NCBI GenBank assembly: GCA_965238005.1
Contig: OZ250165.1
Location: 2,432,001 to 2,496,000, forward strand
DNA from: Longimicrobiales bacterium
GTDB lineage: Bacteria; Gemmatimonadota; Gemmatimonadetes; Longimicrobiales; Gaopeijiaceae
Direction of reading: 5' to 3'
Length of the DNA: 64,000 nucleotides
Shown here: piece by piece, positions 30,460 to 40,249 of the stretch
Layout of the letters: each line of letters starts with the position of its first letter
Numbering within the stretch: the stretch's first letter is position 1
Program-made: the position numbers and the translations under genes
Notes under the pieces: model-generated
Database searches by the model: none
What the model was told of the DNA's origin: nothing
Seen by the model: the letters and a program-made list of their open reading frames with translations, nothing else

Positions 30460-31925
30460 TGAACCAGGAGCCTCGTGGGGAATCCGGCGGCGCCTTTGCG
30501 CTGATACGGGAGCTTCCCTTCGCCGTATGCGGTGCCCGCGATGTCCAGATGGGCCCAGCTAAAGTCGCCCACGAACTCCCTGAGGAAGCAAGCCGCCGTG
30601 ATGCTGCCGCCAGGACGCCCGCCGACGTTCACGATGTCGGCCACCTTGCTGTCGATCTGCCGACGATAGTCGTCCCACAGGGGGAGCGGCCAGCAGCGCT
30701 CTCCCGCCAGATCGCCGGCATCCCTGAGCTCGTCCACGAGATCACTGTCCGTGCCCAGGACGGCGGCAGCGTGATGCCCCAGAGCGATGACGACGGAGCC
30801 TGTCAGCGTCGCACAATCGACGATGGCGGCGGGCCCCAGGCTCTGGGCGTACGAGAGGGCGTCGGCCAGGATCAGACGACCCTCGGCGTCGGTGTTTACG
30901 ACTTCGATGGTCTTCCCCTCCCGTGATCCGATGATGTCTCCAGGCTTGAGGGCACTCCCGTTGAGGAGGTTCTCGGAAGACGGCACGATCCCTACCACGT
31001 TCAGTGAGACCTTCAGCTCGGCCACGGCCTGCATGGCGCCGATGACCGCCGCCCCACCAGACATGTCGAAGATCATGTCCTCCATGCCCTTCGCCGGCTT
31101 GATGGAGATTCCCCCGGCATCGAAGGTCAGGCCCTTTCCCACCAGGACCAGGGGTGGATCCCCCTCTCCTCCTCCGTCATGGCGGAGGACGATGAGCCTG
31201 GGCTCCTGGTCCGAGCCCTTCGCCACCGCGAGGAGAGCGTGCATGTTCTCGGCCCGGAGCTCGTCGGGCCCCATCACGGTGATGTCGAGACCCCGCTCTC
31301 CGGCCATTCTCGACGCCTCGTCGCCGAGGTGGGTCGGCGTCGCGACGTTGCCGGGTCGCGACTGGAGCGTCCGCGCGAAGTTGGCCGCCCGGCCGATGAT
31401 GTGGCCGACCTCGGCGCCCCGCCCCGCCTCTTCGAGGTCCGATGAATCGGTCATGACCGTGAAGTCGGACACCTCAGGCGGATCATCGCCGTCGGAGGCA
31501 CTCTTCATCTCCGTGAAGCGCCAGGCCGCCAACACCGCACCCTCGGCCGCCGCCTGCCCGGCATGCTCGGCTCCGGTCTGCTCCATGCCACCCAAGTACA
31601 CGCCGACTCTCACGACGCCGCTGGACTCGGCCGCCCTCACGGTGTGCCCGGCCCAGCGCCGGACCGCCTCGGAATCCAGCTCCGAGGCCTTCCCCGCCCC
31701 GAGCAGGAGGAGTCGACGTGGCCCGCCGTCTCCACTCAGATATGCGACGACGAACTCGCCCAGCTTCCCCTTGAGATCCTCGGACAAGTAGGAGCCCGAA
31801 GCCACGTCCGCTAGATCCGCCGGAAGCGCCGGGTCTGCACCCTCTTCGGTCTCGAAGACCGGAACGGCCAGGAGTGGTATGTCGAAGCCGGCTGCACCGG
31901 CCGAGGAGACGTGATGAACGTTCAT
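30435..31925 (-). CDS. pepA: Leucyl aminopeptidase (M17)
   Basis: VGKGLTFDAGG, NTDAEGRL, HLDIAG. Confidence 0.95.
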   Translation of the reverse strand: MNVHHVSSAGAAGFDIPLLAVPVFETEEGADPALPADLADVASGSYLSEDLKGKLGEFVVAYLSGDGGPRRLLLLGAGKASELDSEAVRRWAGHTVRAAESSGVVRVGVYLGGMEQTGAEHAGQAAAEGAVLAAWRFTEMKSASDGDDPPEVSDFTVMTDSSDLEEAGRGAEVGHIIGRAANFARTLQSRPGNVATPTHLGDEASRMAGERGLDITVMGPDELRAENMHALLAVAKGSDQEPRLIVLRHDGGGEGDPPLVLVGKGLTFDAGGISIKPAKGMEDMIFDMSGGAAVIGAMQAVAELKVSLNVVGIVPSSENLLNGSALKPGDIIGSREGKTIEVVNTDAEGRLILADALSYAQSLGPAAIVDCATLTGSVVIALGHHAAAVLGTDSDLVDELRDAGDLAGERCWPLPLWDDYRRQIDSKVADIVNVGGRPGGSITAACFLREFVGDFSWAHLDIAGTAYGEGKLPYQRKGAAGFPTRLLVQWVRSRAA

Positions 31926-31938
31926 GTCGTCTTTCGCT

Positions 31939-33174
31939 CTACATGCGCTCGATGACCGCCTGGCCGAACTCGGAGGTCTTCACCGTGGTGGCCCCCTCCA
32001 TCTGGCGCTCGAGGTCGTATGTGACGGTCTTGGCGTCGATGGCGCCTCCCATGCCACGGTTCACCGCCTCGGCTGCTTCGTTCCAGCCCAGATGCTCGAG
32101 CATCATCACGGCTGAGAGGATCAGCGAACCGGGGTTCACCTTGTCCAAGTTGGTGTACTTGGGGGCCGTTCCGTGAGTCGCCTCGAAGAGCGCCACCTCG
32201 TCGCCGACGTTGGCCCCGGGCGCCATGCCGAGACCGCCGACCTGTGCGGCGCACGCATCGGAGAGATAGTCGCCGTTGAGATTCGGGGTCACGATGACGT
32301 CGTACTCGTCCGGTCGTAGAAGCACCTGCTGGAACATGGCATCGGCGATACGATCGTTGACGAGCAGCTTGCCGGCGGGATCGGCGCCGTCCCAGACTTC
32401 CGACTCGGCGATCGTGGCATCCGCAAACTCTTCCTGAGCCACCTCGTATCCCCAGTCCCTGAAGGCCCCTTCGGTGAACTTCATGATGTTCCCCTTGTGG
32501 ACCAGCGTCACGGCCCTGCGGTTCCGATCGAGGGCGTATCGGATGGCGGCGGCCACGTGTCTTTTCGTCCCAAAGGGGCTGATCGGCTTGATCCCGATGC
32601 CACTCTCCTCGCGGATGGACGAGCCCATCTCGTCGACCAGGAACGCCCGTACACGCCGTGCCTCGGCGCTGCCGGAAGCCCATTCGATTCCGGCGTAGAC
32701 GTCCTCCGTGCTCTCACGGTAGATGACCACGTCGAGCCTCTCGGGCTCCTTCATCGGTGAGGGCACTCCTTCGATCCACCGGACCGGTCGGATGCAGGAG
32801 TAGAGGTCGAGAACCTGTCGAAGGGTAACGCTCAGCGAGCGGATGCCTCCACCCACGGGTGTGGTCAAGGGTCCTTTGATCCCAACTTTGAACTCCCGGA
32901 GAGCCTCGAAGGTCTCCTCCGGCAGCCACTCGCCGGTCTTCTCGCTTGCCTTCTCGCCCGAGTAGATCTCCATCCACGCGATCCGGCGCTCGCCGCCGTA
33001 CACCTTCGCAACGGAGGCATCGACGACGGCCTGGGTGGCACGCCAGATGTCGGGACCGATCCCGTCTCCCTCGATGAACGGGATGATCGGTTGGGCCGGT
33101 ACGACCGGCTTGCCACGCTCTATCGTGATCCGCTCGCCATCCGCCGGTACGGTGGCGTAGCTGTATTCGGTCAC
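31939..33174 (-). CDS. icd: Isocitrate dehydrogenase (NADP)
   Basis: [45 protein letters not shown]. Confidence 0.95.
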   Translation of the reverse strand: MTEYSYATVPADGERITIERGKPVVPAQPIIPFIEGDGIGPDIWRATQAVVDASVAKVYGGERRIAWMEIYSGEKASEKTGEWLPEETFEALREFKVGIKGPLTTPVGGGIRSLSVTLRQVLDLYSCIRPVRWIEGVPSPMKEPERLDVVIYRESTEDVYAGIEWASGSAEARRVRAFLVDEMGSSIREESGIGIKPISPFGTKRHVAAAIRYALDRNRRAVTLVHKGNIMKFTEGAFRDWGYEVAQEEFADATIAESEVWDGADPAGKLLVNDRIADAMFQQVLLRPDEYDVIVTPNLNGDYLSDACAAQVGGLGMAPGANVGDEVALFEATHGTAPKYTNLDKVNPGSLILSAVMMLEHLGWNEAAEAVNRGMGGAIDAKTVTYDLERQMEGATTVKTSEFGQAVIERM

Positions 33175-33368
33175 GGAACGCTCCGCTGCGGTGTCGTGGA
33201 CTGTGGAATCGGGCAGGCCCGGCCTGGAAAAGAGGGCCCTGGTGGAACCCTAAAGATACCTGGGTAGCTAAGAGGGCGCCAATCGACCGCCCCCCCCCGG
33301 ATATTCCTGCGCGCCGTCCTGCGCGCCGTCACTTGCCTGGTTGGTCCCCAGGGTCGATCTTCCAAAGG

Positions 33369-33393
33369 CTAGTTGAGATTCGTTCTCAACTAG
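33369..33393. promoter_or_regulatory. Palindromic Fur-like iron-regulator box
   Basis: CTAGTTGAGA-TTCGT-TCTCAACTAG with perfect 10-bp arms, ~60 bp upstream of the Fe(III) binding protein. Confidence 0.7.
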
Positions 33394-33455
33394 TCGAGAA
33401 TCGAAGGATGATCCCTTGGAATCGTGATTCAACGTCGTCGCAGGGAGGGTTGTGC

Positions 33456-34508
33456 ATGAAGCGGTTGCACGTATCGGGCCTCTGTACCGTCATGGGAGTG
33501 GCCCTCTTGGCCGCCTGCTCCGGAGACGGACAGGCGGAGGGTGCCTCGGAGGATGCCGGCGTCGTCAACGTCTACAGCCATCGGCACTACGACACCGACC
33601 AAGAGCTTTTCCGCCGGTTCACCGAGCTGACCGGCATACAGGTCAACGTTCAGACGGCGTCCGCCGACGAGCTGATCACGCGCCTCGAGACCGAGGGTGC
33701 AAGCACGCGGGCCGACCTGCTGATCACGGTGGATGCCGGTCGTCTGCAGCGGGCCAAGAAGCGAAACCTGCTGCGCAGCGCCTCCTCCGAGGTACTGCAG
33801 TCGAACGTACCCGCGCATCTGAGGGATCCGGAGGGCTACTGGTACGGACTCACGCAGAGGGCCCGCGTCATCGCCTACTCGCTGGATCGAGTGTCCGCCG
33901 ACGAGCTGTCGACGTATGAGGATCTGGCCGACCCCAAGTGGCGAGGCCGCATTCTCGTGCGCAGCTCCGAGAACATCTACAACCAGTCGCTCCTGGCATC
34001 CATGATCGCCGTTCACGGCGAGGACGCGGCGGACGAATGGGCGCGCGGCGTGGTGCTGAACATGGCCCGGGCCCCCCAGGGCGGGGACCGCGATCAGGTC
34101 AAGGACTTGGCGGCCGGGGTCGGCGATGTGGCCATCACGAATACGTACTACGTCGGGCTGCTTCTCAACGGGGACGATGAGAGTGATCGCGAGCTGGCTC
34201 AGAAGGTGGGAATCTTCTTTCCCAATCAGGACGATCGGGGCGCTCACGTGAACGTGAGTGGGGCGGGAGTGACGGCACACTCGCCCAATCCGGAAAACGC
34301 CCTGAGGCTCCTGGAATTCCTCACCGACTCGGAAGCGCAGACCGGATACGCGGAGGCGAACTTCGAGTACCCGGTAAAACCGGGCATCGCATGGGCGGAG
34401 ACGCTTCAGGAGTGGGGCGAGTTCCGGCCCGACACGCTCAACCTATCCGTTCTCGGGGAGCTCAACGCCCGCGCCGTGATCATCTTCGACCGGGCCGGGT
34501 GGCGATAA
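33456..34508 (+). CDS. Fe(III) ABC transporter substrate-binding lipoprotein (FutA/FbpA type)
   Basis: Lipobox LAAC, VYSHRHY, YNQSL, NTYY, HVNVSG; RBS GGAGG. Confidence 0.92.
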   Translation: MKRLHVSGLCTVMGVALLAACSGDGQAEGASEDAGVVNVYSHRHYDTDQELFRRFTELTGIQVNVQTASADELITRLETEGASTRADLLITVDAGRLQRAKKRNLLRSASSEVLQSNVPAHLRDPEGYWYGLTQRARVIAYSLDRVSADELSTYEDLADPKWRGRILVRSSENIYNQSLLASMIAVHGEDAADEWARGVVLNMARAPQGGDRDQVKDLAAGVGDVAITNTYYVGLLLNGDDESDRELAQKVGIFFPNQDDRGAHVNVSGAGVTAHSPNPENALRLLEFLTDSEAQTGYAEANFEYPVKPGIAWAETLQEWGEFRPDTLNLSVLGELNARAVIIFDRAGWR

Positions 34509-34528
34509 GGGCTGCTTAGGGGCTGGTC

Positions 34529-36265
34529 ATGGCCACGGCCATTCGTTCGAGGGCCCGGAGCGCATGGAGCGCCCTCCGGGCTTTCTGGCGTCAATCGCGT
34601 AGCGAGTTCCGAGGCGGGCTCACCCCCTGGAGCGTGTCGGCGCTGGTGGTGGTGGCTCTCACGACCCTCCCCCTGCTGGTGATCACCGTGGGGGTCTTCG
34701 GGCCCCGTACCGAGATCTGGCAGCACTTGGCCAGTACCGTTCTCCCGGTGTACGTGGGAAACTCGGCGTTGCTCATGGTGGGGGTGGGCGTGTTGGCTCT
34801 TTTCCTCGGGCTGGCGCCGGCCTGGCTCGTGTCGGCCTACGAGTTCCCCGGACGGCGCACCTTCGAGTGGAGCCTGGTCCTGCCGTTGGCCATCCCCACC
34901 TACATCATCGCCTACACCTACGCCGGCGTCTTCGAGTACGGGAGCGCCATGTCGGGCGTGCTGAGTGCTCTCTGGCCCGGGGCCGAGACGTGGCGGGTCC
35001 GATCGGCGATCATGTCCCGCGGAGGTGTCACCGTCATGATGGCCCTGGTGCTCTACCCGTACGTGTACGTCATCGCCCGGGCCTCCTTCCTCCGACAGTC
35101 GGGCGCCGTGCTGGAGACCGCGCGCAGTCTGGGGCGGGGACCGTGGAACACGTTCTTCCGGGTGGCCCTTCCCATGTCACGTCCAGCGGTCGTAGGCGGG
35201 TTGACGCTGGTGCTCATGGAGGTGCTCAACGAGTACGGAGCCGTGAAGTACTTCGGTGTGCCCACGTTCACGACGGGGATCTTCCGGGCCTGGTTCCCGT
35301 TGAACGACCCCACGTCAGCCATGCGCCTTTCGGGTATCCTGCTCCTTTTCGTCTTCTCGCTCATCGTCTTCGAGCGGGCACAGAGAGGCCGGGCCCGTTT
35401 CGATGATGGCGCAAGGGGGTACCGACCCAGCGAGAGGCAGAGGCTGGGAAGGCGGGGGCGATGGCTCTCGTTTGCCGCATGCCTCCTACCGTTGACGCTG
35501 GGCTTCCTGGTTCCGGTCCTCCAGCTCCTGGAGTGGGCGACCCGGGCCGGGTTCGGAGCGCTGGACGCACGCTTTGTGGAGCTCACGCTCCACAGCTTTA
35601 CACTGGCCCTCACCGCCGCGCTTCTGGCGGTCCTTGCGGCCCTGCTCATCGCGTACGCCGTACGGCTGAGCCCCACCCCCTTCCTCCGCCTCGCCTCGAA
35701 GGTGGCGGTCCTGGGCTATTCGATTCCGGGAGCCGTCATCGCAGTGGGCGTCTTCATCCCGTTCGTGTGGGTGGACCGACACGTGGACGCGTTCATGAGA
35801 GCGTCCTTCGGCCTCCCCACGGGGCTCCTGCTGAGCGGAACACTGGTGGCTCTCGTCGTCGCGTACGTGGTGCGCTTCCTGGCCGTGGCGCTCAACCCCC
35901 TCGAGTCGGGCTTCAAGCGCCTGTGCGGCAATCTCGACGAGAGCTCGAGATCGCTGGGAGTTCCGCCGCTCAACACGCTCTGGAGGGTGGACCTGCCTTT
36001 GCTCAAGGGCACCCTTCTGAGCGCCGCCCTTCTGGTCTTCGTGGACGTGCTCAAGGAGCTGCCCCTCACCCTGATTCTCCGCCCGTTCAACTTCGACACC
36101 CTGGCCACCCGGGCCTTCCAACTCGCCACCGACGAGCAGCTGACCCAGTCGGCCGTGCCCGCGCTGCTCATCGTCACCGTGGGTCTGGTGCCCGTGATCG
36201 TGCTGAACAAGCTTATCGGGAGGGGCGGCCCCGGGGACGGCGGAGGCGGTTCGAGCGGCAAGTAG
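34529..36265 (+). CDS. Fe(III) ABC transporter permease (FutB/FbpB type)
   Basis: Duplicated EAA-type loops, KELPLTLILRPFNFDTLA; no ATPase gene adjacent. Confidence 0.92.
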   Translation: MATAIRSRARSAWSALRAFWRQSRSEFRGGLTPWSVSALVVVALTTLPLLVITVGVFGPRTEIWQHLASTVLPVYVGNSALLMVGVGVLALFLGLAPAWLVSAYEFPGRRTFEWSLVLPLAIPTYIIAYTYAGVFEYGSAMSGVLSALWPGAETWRVRSAIMSRGGVTVMMALVLYPYVYVIARASFLRQSGAVLETARSLGRGPWNTFFRVALPMSRPAVVGGLTLVLMEVLNEYGAVKYFGVPTFTTGIFRAWFPLNDPTSAMRLSGILLLFVFSLIVFERAQRGRARFDDGARGYRPSERQRLGRRGRWLSFAACLLPLTLGFLVPVLQLLEWATRAGFGALDARFVELTLHSFTLALTAALLAVLAALLIAYAVRLSPTPFLRLASKVAVLGYSIPGAVIAVGVFIPFVWVDRHVDAFMRASFGLPTGLLLSGTLVALVVAYVVRFLAVALNPLESGFKRLCGNLDESSRSLGVPPLNTLWRVDLPLLKGTLLSAALLVFVDVLKELPLTLILRPFNFDTLATRAFQLATDEQLTQSAVPALLIVTVGLVPVIVLNKLIGRGGPGDGGGGSSGK

Positions 36266-36335
36266 CGCAGGATCCCCACGAAATCAATCCAACCACATCG
36301 AGGTCCGCTTGCCCTTCTTTACTCTTCGACGTATC

Positions 36336-36358
36336 TTGACTTTCGGTTTTTATTCGGT
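36336..36358 (+). promoter_or_regulatory. Direct-repeat operator copy 1 (CTTTCGGTTTTTATTCGG) overlapping a TTGACT -35
   Basis: TTCGG at 36342 and 36353; immediately upstream of imuB. Confidence 0.75.
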
Positions 36359-36381
36359 ATCCGTTCAAGGCCTTTTTGTCC

Positions 36382-37731
36382 ATGTCCGAGCCCCGTTCGC
36401 GTGTGTACAGTGGTCCTACCCACCCAGCCGTTCGAGGGTGGGAGACCAGGGGCGCCACCACCACCCAGCGACGAGGAAGCCGCCAAGCACTCTGCGCCTG
36501 GCTGCCCACCTTCGAGCTTCGACTGGAGCTGGTCCGGAGCCCGGAGCTGGACGCTACGTCCGTAGCCCTTCTCTCCCCCGGCGAGAACACCCGGAGAACG
36601 GTCTGGCAGGTCTCCGAGCGGGCCTCCATCGCCGGCGTACGCCCTGGGCAACTCATCTCTCAGGCCGTCGCCCTCTGCCCTTCCCTCACCCTCCTGGAGC
36701 CCGATCCGGCCCACTACGACGCTGCCCAGGAGGAGCTCCTGGAGACCCTGTCGGGCCTGAGCCCCATCGTGGAGCCTGCCGGCCGCGGAAGGGTCTTCGT
36801 GGGAATGGACGGGCTCGGACGGCTCTACGGCTCACCACCGCGCCAGGTAGACAGAGTTCTCGGAGCGCTCCTCACGATCTTCCCCCGTCCACTGGTGGCC
36901 GCCATGAGAATGGGGTGGGCCTCGGGGAAGTTCGGAGCCTGGGTGGCCGCGGCCGGAGCGGGCCCCGGACGACCCGTGATCGTGGAAGGAGAGGAGCTCC
37001 TCTCCTTCCTGGGCCCCTGCCCCGTCTCCGTGCTTCCGGTCGATACGGTCATGGTCGAGCGGCTCGAGCGGCTCGGCATCGACACCCTGGGCGATCTGAT
37101 CCGTCTCCCGACCCCAGCCTTGATCGGTCAGTTCGGATCCGACGGGCAAAGGGCTCGGGCCTGGGCCACGGGCGAGCGGATCGATTCCGTCCAGCCGTAC
37201 CATCGACCTCGACCGATCCGATCTTCACTCGACTTCCACACTCCCGTGGGGCAGGTGGAAACGCTCCACGGGGCACTGGACCGGCTCCTGGAACGAGCGT
37301 TGGCGCGTCCGGAGCGTCAGGGCAGGAGCATACAGGGTGTGGGTCTGGCCGCTCGCCTGGAGGGTGAGGGCTCGTGGGCCCTGAAGACGGTCCTTCGGGA
37401 GCCCACGGCGCATCGCGAGCGAATCGCCTTCGTCCTTCGCGCCCGGATGGCCCTGTCACCTCCCCCTCGGGCCGTGGAAGCCCTGACCGTGGAGTTCTTC
37501 CAGTTCGGCCCTGCCACGTCTCAGAACGACCTCTTCGACCGGGGGGAGTCCAGTGGCAGAGAAGAGTGCGGGCGGGAGCTGTCCGAGGGCACCGTCCCCT
37601 CCGCCCTCAGGGAGGCCGTTCAGGAATTGAAGCTGAAGCTCGGCCACTCACCACTCTATCGCGTCGTAGAGGTGGACCCCTGGTCCCGGATCCCCGAGCG
37701 GAGACATGCGCTGCTGAATTTCGAGCCGTGA
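36382..37731 (+). CDS. imuB: ImuB-like catalytically inactive Y-family polymerase lacking the ImuB-C domain
   Basis: CAWLPTFEL in place of the catalytic DxDxF; no SxDE; HhH LERLGIDTLGDL; clamp-binding-like QNDLF; ends at a RecA-NT-like LKLKLG...SRIPERR motif. Confidence 0.85.
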   Translation: MSEPRSRVYSGPTHPAVRGWETRGATTTQRRGSRQALCAWLPTFELRLELVRSPELDATSVALLSPGENTRRTVWQVSERASIAGVRPGQLISQAVALCPSLTLLEPDPAHYDAAQEELLETLSGLSPIVEPAGRGRVFVGMDGLGRLYGSPPRQVDRVLGALLTIFPRPLVAAMRMGWASGKFGAWVAAAGAGPGRPVIVEGEELLSFLGPCPVSVLPVDTVMVERLERLGIDTLGDLIRLPTPALIGQFGSDGQRARAWATGERIDSVQPYHRPRPIRSSLDFHTPVGQVETLHGALDRLLERALARPERQGRSIQGVGLAARLEGEGSWALKTVLREPTAHRERIAFVLRARMALSPPPRAVEALTVEFFQFGPATSQNDLFDRGESSGREECGRELSEGTVPSALREAVQELKLKLGHSPLYRVVEVDPWSRIPERRHALLNFEP

Positions 37732-37739
37732 TTTAACAT

Positions 37740-38261
37740 TTGATCAAGGACACGGCGATAGAGATGACCGAGATCCCACTCAAGCTCACCATCCTGCTGG
37801 TGGTCGCGGCAGCCGGCTGCTCGGACGGAAGCAGTAGCCAGGGATCGTCGAACCGGACACCGCCAGCGGACCCGTCAACGGACGCATCATCATCTCCGAG
37901 CTCCTGGGTGGAGAGTGCGGGACTTCGTCCCGGATCATCAGCTACGCCCCCGACGAGACCGATCCCCTGGTCCTGGTCGCTTCCGGTTCGAACATCATGT
38001 CACAAGATCGTCTTTGGCCGCGGGGGACCCGAGCAACCGCGGTCCATGTGGGTGATAGACCTCGCCACCAGAGACGAGTCGGAGATTCTTACCGGCGTGC
38101 AGTGGGCCGTTGCCATAAGGCCGGGGGCCTGTATACGTATCATTCTTGAACTTTTATACGTATACGCTAGGCGAGCGCATGGTAATGACCGGACTGGTCA
38201 CGGGCAGCGGGGAATCTCCTCGGCCTCGGCGAGCTGGGCGGCAGTCAGGGAGCCCCGATAG
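37740..38261 (+). pseudogene. Probable degraded lipoprotein/TolB-like remnant
   Basis: Lipobox-like AAGC, low-complexity middle, short KIVF...MWVIDLAT segment; incoherent ORF. Confidence 0.3.
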
Positions 38262-38541
38262 GGGGCCAGACCGGAGCGCCACACACCCTGTGCGTCCTCC
38301 GCCAACGCTGGTGCAACGCTGGTGGGCCGTTTCCTCCACAGGAGGCCCTGAGCGTCGGCTGATTCGGAGGCCTTCCGCCGTGTCGTGGCTACGGATTTTC
38401 GGTCCCGGGTCCTCCGGTCGCGCCCCGTGCCGTCGAACTTCGGTGTGGCGATTCTTCGTCGTCGCAAGTGCCCCGCCGAACGCGTAAATTACGTAATACC
38501 AGCTACATGACAGACGGCCGTATCCGTCGGAAGGCCGGACG

Positions 38542-39114
38542 ATGCCAGGTTCCGATGTAGTCACGGTCGAGTTCGAGTTCACCCCCGAAGACTGGGTCAG
38601 GGCCAACGCCACGCACTCGTGGAACTCGGAGTTGACGAAGAAGGCGCTCAAACAGATGCAGGTGCTTTTCGCCATGATCGTCGGGCTCATGGCCCTGCTC
38701 ATGCTCCTTGGCGGATCGGCAGTGGGTGCCATCGCCATGTTGCTCGCCGGCACGGTCTTGGTGGGTGTGCTCAAGCCTCTCGTCCGCATCTCCCAGCGGC
38801 GCCAGATCAAGAAGGTCGCCGACCTCGGCCTCATCAACGGCATCTTCGGACCGCATCGCGTGGAGCTGCGGGACGAAGGCATCTTGGATTCCACCACCGG
38901 ATACGAATTCCTCGTGAGATGGAGCGCCATCGAGGACATCAAGGAGTCGGACGGCTCCTTCCTCATCTACTCGGGCGCCAACTCCTTCCTGACCATCCCA
39001 TCCTCGGCGTTCCCCGACGCCGAGACGCTGCGAGCGTTCGGCGATCGCTTCTTCGAGCGTCTCAGCCAAACAGAGACGCCGGCGTTGCCCGATGAGGGAG
39101 AGCGCGGGGACTAG
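38542..39114 (+). CDS. YcxB-like membrane protein
   Basis: Two TM helices followed by a WSAIEDIKE...FLIY...IPSSAF C-terminal domain. Confidence 0.7.
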   Translation: MPGSDVVTVEFEFTPEDWVRANATHSWNSELTKKALKQMQVLFAMIVGLMALLMLLGGSAVGAIAMLLAGTVLVGVLKPLVRISQRRQIKKVADLGLINGIFGPHRVELRDEGILDSTTGYEFLVRWSAIEDIKESDGSFLIYSGANSFLTIPSSAFPDAETLRAFGDRFFERLSQTETPALPDEGERGD

Positions 39115-39189
39115 CGGACACCGGCCGTCCCGTCGGTTGGCCCTCCATCAGACGGGGTGACGTCAAGGAGCGGACATCCCATTCCTGAA

Positions 39190-39222
39190 TTGCATCGCCC
39201 ATCCTTTCGGTTTATATTCGGT
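39190..39222 (+). promoter_or_regulatory. Promoter TTGCAT-N17-TATATT overlapped by operator copy 2 (CTTTCGGTTTATATTCGG)
   Basis: -35 at 39190-39195, -10 at 39213-39218; TTCGG at 39206 and 39217. Confidence 0.8.
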
Positions 39223-39252
39223 TTCCGTGGAAACCCCATAGACCGAAATGTG

Positions 39253-39561
39253 ATGAGCCCTCCGACCCCGTCATCCAACGGCGCCAACAACAGCCGGCCC
39301 AGCAGGCTTCAACGGCAAAGGCTTCGCCCGTTGAAGTCCCCCTCCCCCGTCCAGGTCCGGACCGACGCCGACGGGTTGCCCACCGAGCTGCACCGATGTG
39401 GGAAGCGGTTTCGGGTGGCGGCGGTACGCGAGCGCTGGAGGATCGACGATGAGTGGTGGCGGAATCCCATCTCAAGGGAGTACTTCGCCCTGGTTCTGGA
39501 GGACGGGCGCCCCATCATCCTCTTCCGGGACCTCGTCGCCGGGGGATGGTACGGACAGTGA
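39253..39561 (+). CDS. Stand-alone ImuB C-terminal-domain-like protein (DUF6504-like)
   Basis: LRPL..P.PVQV...G.P...RWRIDDEWW...REYF.L.LEDG...LFRD....WY pattern matches the C-terminal domain of full-length ImuB. Confidence 0.75.
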   Translation: MSPPTPSSNGANNSRPSRLQRQRLRPLKSPSPVQVRTDADGLPTELHRCGKRFRVAAVRERWRIDDEWWRNPISREYFALVLEDGRPIILFRDLVAGGWYGQ

Positions 39562-40247
39562 AGATCCTCCGGATCCACCTCGCCCCCCGTAGCAGAAACA
39601 GGGTGCTGGTGCACCTCGAGGACCTGGACCCGCTGGAGATCGCCCTGGACGTCATGGACCGGTCCGGGGTTCACGTGGGCTCCGAGCTCGAGCCCGCGGA
39701 TCTCGCCCACCTGCGGGAAGACGACACGAAATGGCGCGTTCGTCAGGTCGCCCTCCACCTCCTCTCCTCTCGCCCCCGTGGGGAGCAGGAGCTCCGCACC
39801 CGTCTCCGGGCGAAGAGCTTCCCCCCTGCCCTGGTGGAGTGGTGCATCCACCTCCTCAGAGAGCAGGGGCTCCTGGACGATCATGCCTTCGCTTCGGCAT
39901 ACGTGCGAAGCCGCATTCGCCTCCGCCCGCGGGGGCGCTTTCGTCTGAGCCAAGAATTGCGACAGAAGGGGGTGGCTGTCGAAGTCGTCGAGAAAGCGAT
40001 CGAGGACGCCTTCCTCGATGAAGCAACGTCGGAGCACAAGCTGGCCAGGGAGGCCGCTCAGAGGTGGGTGCAGCGCCAGAGCCGGACGGTGGCCAAGGCG
40101 CTCGCGGCGCATGACCGTTCCCCGGAGCGTGAGCGGGGCCGACGACGTCTGCACGCTTTCCTGAACCGCCGGGGCTTCGCACCCGACGCCATTCGCGCCG
40201 CTCTAACGGCCGCGTTGGAGAGGGCCGCCGATCTCTGTGCGCCCTAG
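39558..40247 (+). CDS. recX: Regulatory protein RecX
   Basis: ALHLLSSRPRGEQELRTRL, GLLDDHAFA, QELRQKGV, FLNRRGF; GTG start overlaps the upstream TGA (GTGA). Confidence 0.88.
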   Translation: MKILRIHLAPRSRNRVLVHLEDLDPLEIALDVMDRSGVHVGSELEPADLAHLREDDTKWRVRQVALHLLSSRPRGEQELRTRLRAKSFPPALVEWCIHLLREQGLLDDHAFASAYVRSRIRLRPRGRFRLSQELRQKGVAVEVVEKAIEDAFLDEATSEHKLAREAAQRWVQRQSRTVAKALAAHDRSPERERGRRRLHAFLNRRGFAPDAIRAALTAALERAADLCAP

Positions 40248-40249
40248 TT

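Noticed and set aside
39232..39250. Reverse-strand TTTCGG half-site in the ImuB-C leader
   Set aside because: The second half-site is absent; at most an auxiliary site.
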